64,000 bases of DNA from a virus (lineage: Duplodnaviria; Caudoviricetes), in the IMG/VR virus record IMGVR_UViG_3300037722_001090; one strand, given 5' to 3'. The position numbers and the translations under genes were made by a program. This document shows, one piece after another, positions 16,261 through 27,234 of this stretch. The notes below the pieces were generated by a model. The model was given only the letters and a program-made list of their open reading frames with translations. It searched no databases and was not told where the DNA came from. Within the stretch, counting starts at the first letter, position 1, and the number at the start of each line of letters is the position of its first letter.

Positions 16261-17283
16261 ATGAGTACACTTGAACTGTATCAGGAACAAGTACCATTCT
16301 CAAACAAGAGACTGGACAGAAAGATTAGCGCTAATAACGCATACACAAACCCGGTAGTAATACCATTCGCATTTGATTTTACATCTGCGCTTAATACTCT
16401 AGAATGTGTTATTTATGTTAAAAACACATCTCTTGAATATAGATATGAGAATATTGTAGTATCTTTAATCGAAGACGAAGGAAATGGTACGTTGCCAGCA
16501 CATGCAACTATTTCTGATAGTACAATCGTATTACTTGATCAACTAATAACAGATACTATATCTGATACAATTATACCATTAGGCAATATAGACGCTTTTT
16601 TTTATACATCTAAGTTCATTGACCTAGGTGGAGTATTAGATGTCGGTAGAAATAATATTTTAGTTAAGCATATATCAGATGTATTCTGGAGCATTATAGG
16701 TAAATATACTTCAGTATCCTATTTCGATGGAATCGCCACGTCATATACATATGGTCCTGGGTATCCTTCAGTTTTAAACACATTGAATTCTATCGATATG
16801 CAAGCAGTGAATAGTCAATTAACTATAAAAGCTATTGCTCCAGGAAGACTTGTGCTTTCTGAGAATGGAGAAGGTAGAACTAATATAACTATTAATGACA
16901 CAGTCGTAACAGCATCTTACCCTGATCATCAAGTAGGTTTAAATTACGGTGAGTCAGCTATTCTTATTAGTGACCCTGAAGTGTCACAGAACGGATATTA
17001 CGATAGCTATAAGCCTATTAATAGCGATAATACTAAACTAGACGTAAGATTTAGTTATGGATATGACGAAATAAGCAGTGTTGAGTGGGAATCTAAAGGA
17101 AATGCTCTTATTATACCTTATATTGGGAAAGGACCTGTAGATGGAGCACTAACTGGTACCCCTGATACAGCATACCACCCAATAAGAATGCGCATTACAT
17201 GGAAAGACAGAACAGAGCTTTTTACGGTAAGAGATTACTTTATTGATGTATCTTATCAGAGCAAACTAGATATTGGAGCTTAA
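16261..17283 (+). CDS. Hypothetical structural protein, 340 aa
   Basis: ORF track; beta-rich; lies between TerL and portal. Confidence 0.65.
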   Translation: MSTLELYQEQVPFSNKRLDRKISANNAYTNPVVIPFAFDFTSALNTLECVIYVKNTSLEYRYENIVVSLIEDEGNGTLPAHATISDSTIVLLDQLITDTISDTIIPLGNIDAFFYTSKFIDLGGVLDVGRNNILVKHISDVFWSIIGKYTSVSYFDGIATSYTYGPGYPSVLNTLNSIDMQAVNSQLTIKAIAPGRLVLSENGEGRTNITINDTVVTASYPDHQVGLNYGESAILISDPEVSQNGYYDSYKPINSDNTKLDVRFSYGYDEISSVEWESKGNALIIPYIGKGPVDGALTGTPDTAYHPIRMRITWKDRTELFTVRDYFIDVSYQSKLDIGA

Positions 17284-17285
17284 TA

Positions 17286-17663
17286 ATGAGTCAGTTCAAT
17301 AGACAGTCAGTAGACTATAGGCCAAAACCTATTACATCTGCAGATATATCACTACTTAAAAATCCTGTATCTAAATCAATGGAGTCATCAGTTGCTATTG
17401 CAAAGAAATTCATTAAGCACTTAGATGCAGTTAAGGAATATAGAGATAGAATTGATGCAGTTAACTATCTAATTGATCAAGCAGAGCAACTTGCAGGTAA
17501 TGTGAGAATTGATGTTAAGGATGAGTCTATTCAGACTGCCATTAAGGCACTTGGTGGATCAGGCAAGTATATTGATTTTGACTTATTTAAAAAAGCTGTA
17601 GAGGTCATGGATACTGCCTATGCAGAGCTAGCACTTATAGAGTTTACGGGAGTAAGAAAATGA
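17286..17663 (+). CDS. Hypothetical protein, 125 aa
   Basis: ORF track; operon packing. Confidence 0.7.
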   Translation: MSQFNRQSVDYRPKPITSADISLLKNPVSKSMESSVAIAKKFIKHLDAVKEYRDRIDAVNYLIDQAEQLAGNVRIDVKDESIQTAIKALGGSGKYIDFDLFKKAVEVMDTAYAELALIEFTGVRK

Positions 17664-18031
17664 GTATAGATATGGCCAGTGCAACACAGTCAGCTACAGC
17701 TCTTCTTGCCAATAGTAGTCTTGCAGGAAGTGCACCAGGCATACCAAGTAAGGCTAGTTGGCGTACACAGATTATTGGTGCATATGACTTAATGTTTCCT
17801 AGTATGCATTTAGATATACCTACGAGAGATGAGGTATTAGTAGCAATTCAAAGTACAATATCTGTACATCATGCTACTACTCCACATTTTGGCTCAGGTA
17901 GCTTCCCTGGTGGCGCAACAAATGCAATACCAACTATTATAAGCCCAGTAACAGCACCTGGTGGCCCTGCTCTTGTAAGGGCTATAGGTGATAATGTTAT
18001 GACTAGCGGATATGGAATAGGAGGCATCTAA
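17660..18031 (+). CDS. Hypothetical protein, 123 aa
   Basis: ORF track; 4-bp overlap with the upstream gene. Confidence 0.7.
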   Translation: MSIDMASATQSATALLANSSLAGSAPGIPSKASWRTQIIGAYDLMFPSMHLDIPTRDEVLVAIQSTISVHHATTPHFGSGSFPGGATNAIPTIISPVTAPGGPALVRAIGDNVMTSGYGIGGI

Positions 18032-18219
18032 TGTTAAGCGAAAAGGTAATTAGTGCAAAAAAGGTAATGGAACACTATATTGACAAGATGCATGACATGG
18101 GAACAAAAGAATCTGTTTTTTCTGCTCAATATGCTAATTTACATGTATTACGATTTAGAATTCAGAGTGTTTTAAATTCACTAGAGAGTTATAATCTAGA
18201 GGTTAAAGTTAATGAGTAA
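18031..18219 (+). CDS. Hypothetical protein, 62 aa
   Basis: ORF track; TAATG coupling. Confidence 0.65.
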   Translation: MLSEKVISAKKVMEHYIDKMHDMGTKESVFSAQYANLHVLRFRIQSVLNSLESYNLEVKVNE

Positions 18220-19783
18220 TATATCAGACTTTACAAGTAAACAATCCTATACAACCGTATTAGATCAAATAAGCGGTGGATGGAATATTGACTTAATAAT
18301 TAATGAAAACAATCTAGAGCTAAGAGATGCTACAGCTCAGTTTAGTGGTACTGATGAAAGAGCTAGCTTAAAAGTAGTTGAGGTTACAGGCACAGATAGT
18401 ACTGGTAGAGAAATAATTAGAGATGCTGCATTCCCTGCCTCAGGGATAACAACTGCAATTAGAGAGGCAGCAGGATCAATAGACAGTACAGTTGTAAGCA
18501 TGCTAACTAAGGAAGATGGCTTTATTCAAGTAGTAAATGCTCCTAGAGTTGAGGTTAAGTCTTATTTAGCTGCAACGACAATTGCATTAGACAGTATGTT
18601 AGATATTGGTAAAGAATTTGATGATCTAATTAAAGATAATGTAATTATGCAGCAATTCCATATAAAAGGCTCTGATATTCTTTGTTCTTTATTTTGTGTT
18701 ATAGTAAGTCAATTAGAATGTGAAACAAGAAACAATTTATATAAAAGTATTAACAGTACTCAAAATAGACTATATGGTCTTGAAAAAATGGCAGCTGCAA
18801 CCAATGAATATGTTAATACTGCAAATTCGACACTTGTAGGCTTAGACACAATAGCTTTTGCAACAAAACAATTATTTACAAGCAATCCTATTAATACAGT
18901 ATTTGGCCAGCAAGATACAGGAATAAGTGCCTTAGCAGGAGGTGCGATACTAGCATCAGCCAAGAATAGTATAGAAAATATTACAGTAGTTTTTGAAAAT
19001 TGCATCAAAGTAATCAATAGCGGTAAGATATCTGGTAGCTTAAATGTAAGTAGTAGTATTTGGGACCTAGCTAAGAATATTATATTTGCCTTACAATCAC
19101 AAGCAGTACAACTAGCAGATGAGACACTTAGTAAAGTAATTGACCCTATAGAAGAGCAAATTAAGGACTGGGTGCCAACAGAATGTGGAACTAGGGGTTA
19201 TGCTTGGCAATTCTTTAAAAAGATAATAGACGGACTATCTAGAGAGAAACAATGGATACTACAGCAAATACAAGATCTATTTACTTCTGGTACAGATTTT
19301 GCTGATAACCATCGTAATTTTACAGCAGGGTCTATGAGCATACTAGAGATAGAGGCATTTTTACTAGCTTTGAAAATGATTTCTTTTAGATTTGGAGATT
19401 TAGCTATAGCATGCGGAATTCAGCCATGTAGTGAAGATGCATTAACGGCACAAGGAACAAGAGTTGCACAGGCGATTAAGACGGGGAATACTACATCTTC
19501 TCCTCCTCTTGGATCATTATCCGTAATTAACACTATACCTACTAGACAAAACACAACAAATATTGATGAGATTGCAGATTCTTTTGCAGGAATCATAGAC
19601 TTAAGTAAAGATAATGTGATAGTTGATAAAAATTCTATATCGACCGTATACTCTTTAGGTAATATGCCTGTAAAAATTAAAGAACTTATGGACCTGAATT
19701 CTCTTGGATCAAATTATGGCGTTTTCGATGATGGCAATGAGACAAAAGTAGTATATACATTTAATCGCATGTGCGGAGTATAA
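18212..19783 (+). CDS. Hypothetical protein, 523 aa, largely helical
   Basis: ORF track; directly upstream of the portal. Confidence 0.7.
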   Translation: MSNISDFTSKQSYTTVLDQISGGWNIDLIINENNLELRDATAQFSGTDERASLKVVEVTGTDSTGREIIRDAAFPASGITTAIREAAGSIDSTVVSMLTKEDGFIQVVNAPRVEVKSYLAATTIALDSMLDIGKEFDDLIKDNVIMQQFHIKGSDILCSLFCVIVSQLECETRNNLYKSINSTQNRLYGLEKMAAATNEYVNTANSTLVGLDTIAFATKQLFTSNPINTVFGQQDTGISALAGGAILASAKNSIENITVVFENCIKVINSGKISGSLNVSSSIWDLAKNIIFALQSQAVQLADETLSKVIDPIEEQIKDWVPTECGTRGYAWQFFKKIIDGLSREKQWILQQIQDLFTSGTDFADNHRNFTAGSMSILEIEAFLLALKMISFRFGDLAIACGIQPCSEDALTAQGTRVAQAIKTGNTTSSPPLGSLSVINTIPTRQNTTNIDEIADSFAGIIDLSKDNVIVDKNSISTVYSLGNMPVKIKELMDLNSLGSNYGVFDDGNETKVVYTFNRMCGV

Positions 19784-19785
19784 TA

Positions 19786-21966
19786 ATGAATGGACTAAAT
19801 ATAAGCCCTACAAGACAGCAATTCAGAACAGCTTCTAGATTTCTTAATTTAGTAGATGAGACTAAATCAATTGTCCCTGTAACAGGTGCAGCTGTGATGG
19901 TATCTAGATTAGCTAAGAACATTAAAACAATAAAAGCACCAGTAACTAGATTCTTTGAATCTCCCTCACAAATACATAGCCCCATAGCTGCTGAATATGA
20001 CTTAATTTCAGTATTTAAACTATTGAAATACGAGCCTTACTTTTTAAAGTCAGCACAAAAAAAACAAGGACTTCTTGTTAAGTCCGGCTTCGCTATCAGT
20101 AGTGATAGCGATAAGGTTAAGGAGTATTTTGATTCAAGATTTAAATACATGTTTCTTCAAACTGGCAAGTCATTAAGAGAGATTATACACCAACTAGCAT
20201 ATTATTTAATTGTATGTAGTAATGCATTCTTAGTTAAGGTAAGAGACAAAGATTTTGAACATGCTCAGTCATATAGTCTAGATGGACGAGAAATGCATCC
20301 TGTTGTAGGACTATTTCTGGCTCATCCAACAAGCATGAAGCCTAGGTTTAAGACCGTTAAGACTAAAAAGAACTATATGCTTGTTATAGATAAATGGGTT
20401 CATTTTAACTCTAGAGGAGAAGTAGCAGAGTTTGATCCAAAAGATGTTGCTCACTTTACTTTATATAAAGAGGACGGCATGATATTTGGAATGCCTGAAG
20501 TACATCCAGTTATTGACGACATTAGAACCTTAAGAAAAATTGAAGAGGACGTACAGCTACTAATATATAGAGACTTATTTCCTATTATACATTATACAAT
20601 TGAAAACCCTGTATCTATAGACCATAAAAACGGTGAGACAGAACTTGATAGAGCAAGGTATGATATGGAAAAGATCATACAAGATGGCGGAATTGCAACT
20701 GATGCTAGACATGAAATTAAGTTTGTAGGTAATGAACATAAGGGTATTGATGCTAAACCTTACTTAGAATACTTCCAGTCACGTGTATTTACTGGATTAG
20801 GAGTATCTATGGCAGACATGGGTATGGGACAAGACATTAGCGGATCTACAGCATCATCTATGTCTAAGCAACTAACAGACGCAGTAAGGTATGTACAACA
20901 GGAACTTGCTCAGCAGTTTAACGAAATGGTTCTAACTGAAATGGCATTACAGTCACCTTTCGGTATAGATATTATGCGAGATGAAGAAATTCCTACTCTT
21001 GAGTTTAATGAAACTGACATTGAATGGAAGATTAGACAAGAAAACCATGAAGCTGATCTTTTTACTAAGAACGTTATTACTATTGACGAAGCAAGATATA
21101 AGCTTGGCAAGAATGAGTTATCAGACGAACAACTTAAGCGCACATATCAGGGTCTTGTTGGTCAGATGGAAATTGATCAACAAACAGAATCTGGTGAGCA
21201 TATGGCTAAGGTTTCTGCTTCTGCAGCTCCACAAACAGTTAAGACGTCTACTGGTGGCACCAAGGTAATTAAAGGAGTGCAACCATCAGGGACTTGGAAC
21301 AATCCTACATCTACCGGTATCAATAAAGGAAAGAGTGCTGCAGATAGAGATCCTATTAAGTCAGCTAAGTCTAACTCTAATATAGTTAAGTCAGTTAGAG
21401 ATGCCGAAGATGGCATTTCAACACAAGATATGTTCCGAGAGGCTATTGGCTCTATTTTATCTAATGAGAATAAGAGCAAGAAGAAGTTAGACTTAATATT
21501 TGCAACAAAAGCTGTATATGACTCCATTAAGAGCGATATGGTGGACTCATTTCATGAAGGAGTACGTACAGCAATGAGTGACATGAAGTCTATACTTACA
21601 GATAATTACAAGCCAGATATGCATATAGCTCATAATATATTTGAGAAGATTGACAGATTACGCGATCAGATCGTTGATAAGCTTAGTAAGAATCATGATT
21701 ACCTTAACATTGCTGCTGCTCGTGTAGCCTCTGCTGAAAAGACAGAGAAAACTAGAGCATATAATTACGGATATATGCTTACTTGCGTTAATAACAATAA
21801 GAATGAGTTTGTAATCTACTCTGAATACGAAGACGTTGCACTTGATAGCATAGAACATATTGGTAGAGAAGTTACTATAGATAAGAAGATAGTGCTTAGT
21901 GCTATTCCTCCATTTAGATCAAATTCCAGATTAAAGCTTAAAATTAAGGAGACGGTAAATGTCTGA
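19786..21966 (+). CDS. Portal protein with C-terminal extension
   Basis: Portal-like segments (YYLIVCSNAFL, DVAHFTL..GMPEVHPVIDDI, VFTGLGVS) and position before the protease. Start moved to ATG 19786. Confidence 0.85.
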   Translation: MNGLNISPTRQQFRTASRFLNLVDETKSIVPVTGAAVMVSRLAKNIKTIKAPVTRFFESPSQIHSPIAAEYDLISVFKLLKYEPYFLKSAQKKQGLLVKSGFAISSDSDKVKEYFDSRFKYMFLQTGKSLREIIHQLAYYLIVCSNAFLVKVRDKDFEHAQSYSLDGREMHPVVGLFLAHPTSMKPRFKTVKTKKNYMLVIDKWVHFNSRGEVAEFDPKDVAHFTLYKEDGMIFGMPEVHPVIDDIRTLRKIEEDVQLLIYRDLFPIIHYTIENPVSIDHKNGETELDRARYDMEKIIQDGGIATDARHEIKFVGNEHKGIDAKPYLEYFQSRVFTGLGVSMADMGMGQDISGSTASSMSKQLTDAVRYVQQELAQQFNEMVLTEMALQSPFGIDIMRDEEIPTLEFNETDIEWKIRQENHEADLFTKNVITIDEARYKLGKNELSDEQLKRTYQGLVGQMEIDQQTESGEHMAKVSASAAPQTVKTSTGGTKVIKGVQPSGTWNNPTSTGINKGKSAADRDPIKSAKSNSNIVKSVRDAEDGISTQDMFREAIGSILSNENKSKKKLDLIFATKAVYDSIKSDMVDSFHEGVRTAMSDMKSILTDNYKPDMHIAHNIFEKIDRLRDQIVDKLSKNHDYLNIAAARVASAEKTEKTRAYNYGYMLTCVNNNKNEFVIYSEYEDVALDSIEHIGREVTIDKKIVLSAIPPFRSNSRLKLKIKETVNV

Positions 21967-22327
21967 AAAGAAGAAGCGTGTAAGTAAAAAATTAAAAGAA
22001 TCTCAACCAGAAGAGGTAGTTATTGCACTAGAATCTACTGAGATGCTTGTACTTGACGAAGTTGTCGTAGTAGAAGAGGAAGTAATTGCTGAAGCTATTG
22101 AGTCTCTAGTTATTACTGAGCCTGAAGTTATTATTTCTACTATTAAAGAGACAGTACAAAGAGTATTTAGCAGAGGAGATGTTGTTACATTAAAAGATCT
22201 TCAGGGACACTTTGTAGGGCTTAATGGTAAAAGTGCAAGAATCCTTGCAATTAAAGACAATGCAGTTACGGTATCATCTAATGGACGTAGATATGCTGTG
22301 TCTAAAGTTAATTTAGAGGTTAAGTAA
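21959..22327 (+). CDS. Acidic protein with C-terminal KOW/SH3-like domain
   Basis: RGDVVTLKD..GLNGKSARILAIKDNAVTV resembles a KOW motif. Confidence 0.55.
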   Translation: MSEKKKRVSKKLKESQPEEVVIALESTEMLVLDEVVVVEEEVIAEAIESLVITEPEVIISTIKETVQRVFSRGDVVTLKDLQGHFVGLNGKSARILAIKDNAVTVSSNGRRYAVSKVNLEVK

Positions 22328-24330
22328 TGATACTAAGTAAGGATGCGATTGTACTATTTGAGCAATATCAGATAAACCTAACAGAATCCGTCCTTATTAA
22401 GATGGAAGATGCAATTAGGAAAGATCATGAACTGATCTTAACTATTGATGCTAGTCATTATGGTTTCCGTAACAACAATGGTACTGTTTATCGTCACGAC
22501 ACCATGATGAATGATGTGCAGTCTTTTGTATATCCTTCACCAAAACCCATTATCGAAAGACATAGGCCTGAAACATCGGCAATATTTGGTAATGTTATTG
22601 CTGCAGACTACAAACTTACCAAGTATCATAGTGATCTTTTATTAGATATTGATCTTGACGGACTAACCACTAACGAGTATATTGAGATGTGTAAGGATGA
22701 TATTCTTCCTCTTCAAAAAAGAGATAAGAAATTTAATGGACTTGCATATGTTCAAGTAATTGGTAAGCTAACTCACAAAGACGGAATACAAAAAGTACTT
22801 GATGGAGAGTTCCTTAGTGTATCTATTGGAGCTGCACCTAAAAGACTTATATGCTCTGAATGCTTACAGGATCAAGTACAAGGTATTTGTGAGCACTTTG
22901 TACATAAAGTAAGTGGTAGATTTATGCTTGCTGAATCTATTGAATATGAAGAGTTGTCATTTGTACCTAGACCAGCAGATCCTTTTGGTCGGGTTGTAAG
23001 AATCCATGATGGATTAATGGAAACACAGACTGTTGAACATGATATTAATATTTTAAATTCAGATATTGATGTAATGTATATCAAAGACTTCTTTAAAGAA
23101 GCCGAAGGTAAAACAATCGTATGTGTAGATAATATCTGCACAATAATTAACGAGGAGGAACAAGAAATGAAGAGAAAGAACCTTTCTCTTGCTGACGAGT
23201 TCTCTGCCGAGATCCTTAAGGTAGCACTTGAGAATGTTAAGCTTGAAGATGAAGAAAAGGATGTACTAGAGGAACTAAAACTTACTGATGATGTTGATGA
23301 GTGGACTTCTATGAAGTTTGCTATCGTTCAAAAGACTCAGGATGGTGAAGTTCGTCGCTTCCCACTTCATACCAAAACTAGCGTTCAGGCAGGACTAGCA
23401 CTTATCGACAAGGCAGAAGATCTAACTGAAGCAGAAATGAAAAAGGCAGTTTCTAAACTAGGTAAAGCAGCTAAGAAATTTGGCATTGAACTTGCAGACG
23501 AAACTACAGAAACACAAGAAACTACAGAAGAAGTAGTTGTAGATAAGGTAGCAGATACCGATTCCACCACTGAGGAGAGCACAGATGCTAGCGGGGGCTC
23601 AAAGCTTGATGCTCTCTTGGATGAATTGAAAGCTGAGCTTGTAAAAGAGCCAGTTGAAAACCTAGAAGACTCTGTTCCTGATCCTGCAAACCCTAAAAAA
23701 GATGCAGTAACTAGAATTTTTGACCTACTTAAATGGTATTCAGTTGATCAAGCTGTTGCAGCAAAATCTCTTAACTCTGGTATTTCTAGTTTTCTAGAAG
23801 AAGCAGGTAAGGAAGCAATCAGCAAAGGTCAGTATGACGAACTACAAGTTAAAGCATCAGGACTTGAAGACAGTGTTAAGTCACTAGAAGATGGCAAGGC
23901 TGATCTTGAAACTAAGTTCACGGAACTTACTAGTGAGGTAGAATCTTTAAGAGATGAATGTGAAATCCTAGAAGAAGCTAATAAAGATCTTAACTTTGAA
24001 CTACGTGCACATCTAGTAGATGAATTAGTAGCTAATAAGATCTCTCTTGGTATTCTTGAAGATGCAGAAGTTGAAACTACTAAAGCTGAACTTGCAAGAA
24101 TGCCTTACAGTGCAATTAAAATGCAAGTAGGTGATTCACGTAAACTTACAGCAAAACTTAAAGGTACAGTTAATAACACAATAGGTATCAAAACAGTAAC
24201 AGACCCCACACTTCAGGACCAAGATAATTCGGATAAAGGACAGTCGCCCACTGTTCTTAAAGATGAAGAAGCACCTAGGTTGTCTGAAGAACAAATAGCA
24301 AAAGGCATTGCTCGTCTCTTTTCGAGATAA
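22327..24330 (+). CDS. Prohead maturation protease fused to scaffold
   Basis: ASHYG (His), FLSVSIG (Ser), YEELSFVPRPAD; acidic coiled-coil C-terminal half; CxxC...CEH insertion. Confidence 0.85.
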   Translation: MILSKDAIVLFEQYQINLTESVLIKMEDAIRKDHELILTIDASHYGFRNNNGTVYRHDTMMNDVQSFVYPSPKPIIERHRPETSAIFGNVIAADYKLTKYHSDLLLDIDLDGLTTNEYIEMCKDDILPLQKRDKKFNGLAYVQVIGKLTHKDGIQKVLDGEFLSVSIGAAPKRLICSECLQDQVQGICEHFVHKVSGRFMLAESIEYEELSFVPRPADPFGRVVRIHDGLMETQTVEHDINILNSDIDVMYIKDFFKEAEGKTIVCVDNICTIINEEEQEMKRKNLSLADEFSAEILKVALENVKLEDEEKDVLEELKLTDDVDEWTSMKFAIVQKTQDGEVRRFPLHTKTSVQAGLALIDKAEDLTEAEMKKAVSKLGKAAKKFGIELADETTETQETTEEVVVDKVADTDSTTEESTDASGGSKLDALLDELKAELVKEPVENLEDSVPDPANPKKDAVTRIFDLLKWYSVDQAVAAKSLNSGISSFLEEAGKEAISKGQYDELQVKASGLEDSVKSLEDGKADLETKFTELTSEVESLRDECEILEEANKDLNFELRAHLVDELVANKISLGILEDAEVETTKAELARMPYSAIKMQVGDSRKLTAKLKGTVNNTIGIKTVTDPTLQDQDNSDKGQSPTVLKDEEAPRLSEEQIAKGIARLFSR

Positions 24331-24358
24331 GCATAAATTTAACGGAGGTTAAATCACA

Positions 24359-25543
24359 ATGAGTGTAAATGGACAAAACTACTTTGCAAATATGGTCGCA
24401 GCACCCCAGATTCTTCAGGGCGCTCCTTCTTATAATGTAGAAGTTTCTGAGGGACAAACCCCTCCTGGTGAGTTTTATCCTGCTCAATACCTACCAATCG
24501 TACAAGATGAAGAGCGTATTGCAGGATCTGGCTTTGTACTTATGCCAGGTAAAGTTGTTGCTTATGATAGCAACAAGCGTCTTATCCCTGCTGGTCTAGG
24601 ACAAGACTTCACAAACGAGGTTGCATTAGCAACTTCTGGCGTGATTAAATATGGTGCACTTGACACCAAGCATGGCGTTGTTGCTCCTGATAATGCATAT
24701 GCACAAGCTGACGACTTTGTAGCTCCTGCTATGATCGCTGCTGGAATTACAGTAACCAACCCTGTTGGTATTATGCGCTATGCCGCACTAATGGCTCCAG
24801 GATCTAACCCTTCTAACCCTACCACATTCACTAAGCATGCTTATGATACAGGTGGAGCTAGAGCATATAGCCGTTGGTGCTATATTCAGGTTCCTGTTGT
24901 TGAGATTAATACTCGCCGTGAGGCTTGTGTTGTTGGAGATAACAAACATCGTATGCGTCTATATGCAGACGAATCTGCTACAAAAATCGCAATTCTTGAT
25001 GCAGGTAATCTAGCTGTTGCTACCTGTGTTCGTGTAGCTAGCCTTAATGGAGTTGATGGAGTAGCTGGAGATCCTACTTTCTTTACTGTTCAGGGTCGTA
25101 CCGTTCTATTTAACGGTGTTCTTCCTGCTGACTGGAAAGTTGAGTATGAGCCTAAAGTTGATCTTCCTTTTACTTGTATTAAGTATGCAGGCGGATCTGA
25201 TCCTGTTACCACATATGACAGTGCTATCCTAAACCCTAACACCGTTCTTCTTGGACAAGATGTTTGTTTTGATATTGAATCAAACTTCAAAATTCAAGGT
25301 GCAACTATCGACGCTAACGGATATAACATGACCGTTGGTCGTATTCTTGACTACAAGAATGGATCTAATGACGACCTTAAGCTTGTACGTACCTATTTCC
25401 GTGACTCCGGTCTATGGCAAGAACAGCCTGGTTCGGCTACAGACGGACGTAATACTCAGCTAAGCATTGTTAACGCTCCTAAGTGGATCGCAAGAATCGC
25501 TGTGAACTTTGAATCTAGCTTTAGCAAACTACCTACAGCATAA
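24359..25543 (+). CDS. Capsid-associated structural protein (decoration/cement-like)
   Basis: Lies between protease and MCP; high-expression codon bias; GKVVAYD...PAG motif typical of such head proteins. Confidence 0.7.
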   Translation: MSVNGQNYFANMVAAPQILQGAPSYNVEVSEGQTPPGEFYPAQYLPIVQDEERIAGSGFVLMPGKVVAYDSNKRLIPAGLGQDFTNEVALATSGVIKYGALDTKHGVVAPDNAYAQADDFVAPAMIAAGITVTNPVGIMRYAALMAPGSNPSNPTTFTKHAYDTGGARAYSRWCYIQVPVVEINTRREACVVGDNKHRMRLYADESATKIAILDAGNLAVATCVRVASLNGVDGVAGDPTFFTVQGRTVLFNGVLPADWKVEYEPKVDLPFTCIKYAGGSDPVTTYDSAILNPNTVLLGQDVCFDIESNFKIQGATIDANGYNMTVGRILDYKNGSNDDLKLVRTYFRDSGLWQEQPGSATDGRNTQLSIVNAPKWIARIAVNFESSFSKLPTA

Positions 25544-25573
25544 GCAGTAGAAATTTAATGGAGGAATAAACAA

Positions 25574-26779
25574 ATGAATTTAGCAGCAAAACTACTACAG
25601 TTTGCAAAAGCTAATAAACTGATTGACTCAGAGACAAACATGAAGGGCGACATTAAACTTCGTGACATTCTTAATAAAGAAGATCTGTCACGTCTTGTCC
25701 CAATCGCAATCTCTGAAGTTGTAAGAGAAGCATCTGAATTTGAGCTTCTAGCTACCAAACTGTTTAAGAAAATTAACCAAAAAGAAGGTATCTATATTCA
25801 GCTACCTGCAATCGGCGCAATGGATACCATTGAAGAAGTTGCACCTGGCGCTGAGTACGGCACCGAAGAAATCACCCTTGGTGGTGGACAGGCTATTCGT
25901 GTTGACATCCGTAAATACGGTATCAAGCTTGCTCTTACTGAGGAAATGGTTGAACAGTCCCAGTGGGATGTTATCGGTGAATGGCTCAAAGCAGCTGGTA
26001 AGGCTTTCGCCCGTAAGAAAAACTGGATTCAGTTCCAGATGTTTGAAAGACAGGGACTAACCCTTGTTGACAACAAAAACCCTAACCATACTGTTCTTGG
26101 TCGTCCTCTTTCTGGTAAAGATGGCGTGGGTAACTTCAACTATTCGTTCACTGCAGAAGACTTCTTTGATATCTATGCTGCAATGCTTCAAGAAGGATTC
26201 GCTCCTGATGTAGTTGTTGTTCATCCTATGACCTGGGCAATCTGGGTTAAAGACCCTATCCTTCGTGCGTTTGCTATGACCAATGCTTCCGGTCCTATGT
26301 TTAACCAGTATGAAATGGGTAGTGTTAATCGTGAGCAGTACTTCGGTGGTCTTGGTAAATCTACCGGTGGAGCTGAACTAGGTGAAGATATGGCACCTGA
26401 CTATAAAGGTCGCCCTATTCTTCCTCCTTACCTTAATGTTCCTCTGAGCATTCTGGTATCGAAACAAGTTCCTTTTGATCCAGTTAATAAGCTTACCAGC
26501 ATGTATTTTGTAAATACTGAAAATGCTGGAGCTATTGTACAGGGCGAGGAAATCAACCATCACTCTTGGGCAGATCCCGAGCGTGACATCCAGATGATCA
26601 AACTTCGTGAGAAGTATGGTATCTCGATGCTTAACGAAGGTCGCGGAGTTGGAGTTGTTAAAAACATTCCTATCGTACCTAACCGTTGGGTTGATGGTCA
26701 GGTTCAGCCTACAATGGCAGTAGATGCTAACTCGAAGATGTTCCCTGAGGACATGACTGCTGCTGACGCAATGGTTTAA
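25574..26779 (+). CDS. Major capsid protein (HK97 fold)
   Basis: EEVAPGAEY, KYGIKLALTEEMVEQSQWDVIGEWLKAAGKAFARKK pattern; strong SD; followed by a terminator. Confidence 0.92.
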   Translation: MNLAAKLLQFAKANKLIDSETNMKGDIKLRDILNKEDLSRLVPIAISEVVREASEFELLATKLFKKINQKEGIYIQLPAIGAMDTIEEVAPGAEYGTEEITLGGGQAIRVDIRKYGIKLALTEEMVEQSQWDVIGEWLKAAGKAFARKKNWIQFQMFERQGLTLVDNKNPNHTVLGRPLSGKDGVGNFNYSFTAEDFFDIYAAMLQEGFAPDVVVVHPMTWAIWVKDPILRAFAMTNASGPMFNQYEMGSVNREQYFGGLGKSTGGAELGEDMAPDYKGRPILPPYLNVPLSILVSKQVPFDPVNKLTSMYFVNTENAGAIVQGEEINHHSWADPERDIQMIKLREKYGISMLNEGRGVGVVKNIPIVPNRWVDGQVQPTMAVDANSKMFPEDMTAADAMV

Positions 26780-26807
26780 GTCGTTAATGGTTAGTTAGCA
26801 ATATAAA

Positions 26808-26846
26808 GAAAGGGTAGTCAGAGAAATCTGGCTACCCTTTTCTTTT
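26808..26846 (+). terminator. Rho-independent terminator after MCP
   Basis: AAGGGTAGTCAGA-GAAA-TCTGGCTACCCTT followed by a T-rich tail. Confidence 0.9.
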
Positions 26847-26894
26847 TCTCTACAAGCCGTTAATAACAACTATCAAATATATATTCGAGGTTTT

Positions 26895-27233
26895 ATGGTA
26901 TTTACAGTTAACATCAAATGGCTTTCGTTTAAGCAAAATATTTCTAGCTTAAATCTCTTACTAAAAGATCAAATATCTACATACGCAATACTTCGCTACG
27001 CGCATGACATCCCAACTAGTGCATATAAACAGTCAATGAATCTGCTACTGGCAAATACTGATCAACTTTCTTATAAGAAACTAAAGACTCTTGTCGAAAA
27101 GTATGGTAAGGTTAATAATGTTGGCATCTTTATGAGCGATGAGCTAGAAGAGACAATTGACGTACACGTAGGTTTTAACCCAAACAGCGACATCATTATT
27201 AAAGATGGCGTATCAATGACAATGGAGTTCTAG
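26895..27233 (+). CDS. Hypothetical protein, 112 aa
   Basis: ORF track. Confidence 0.7.
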   Translation: MVFTVNIKWLSFKQNISSLNLLLKDQISTYAILRYAHDIPTSAYKQSMNLLLANTDQLSYKKLKTLVEKYGKVNNVGIFMSDELEETIDVHVGFNPNSDIIIKDGVSMTMEF

Positions 27234-27234
27234 T

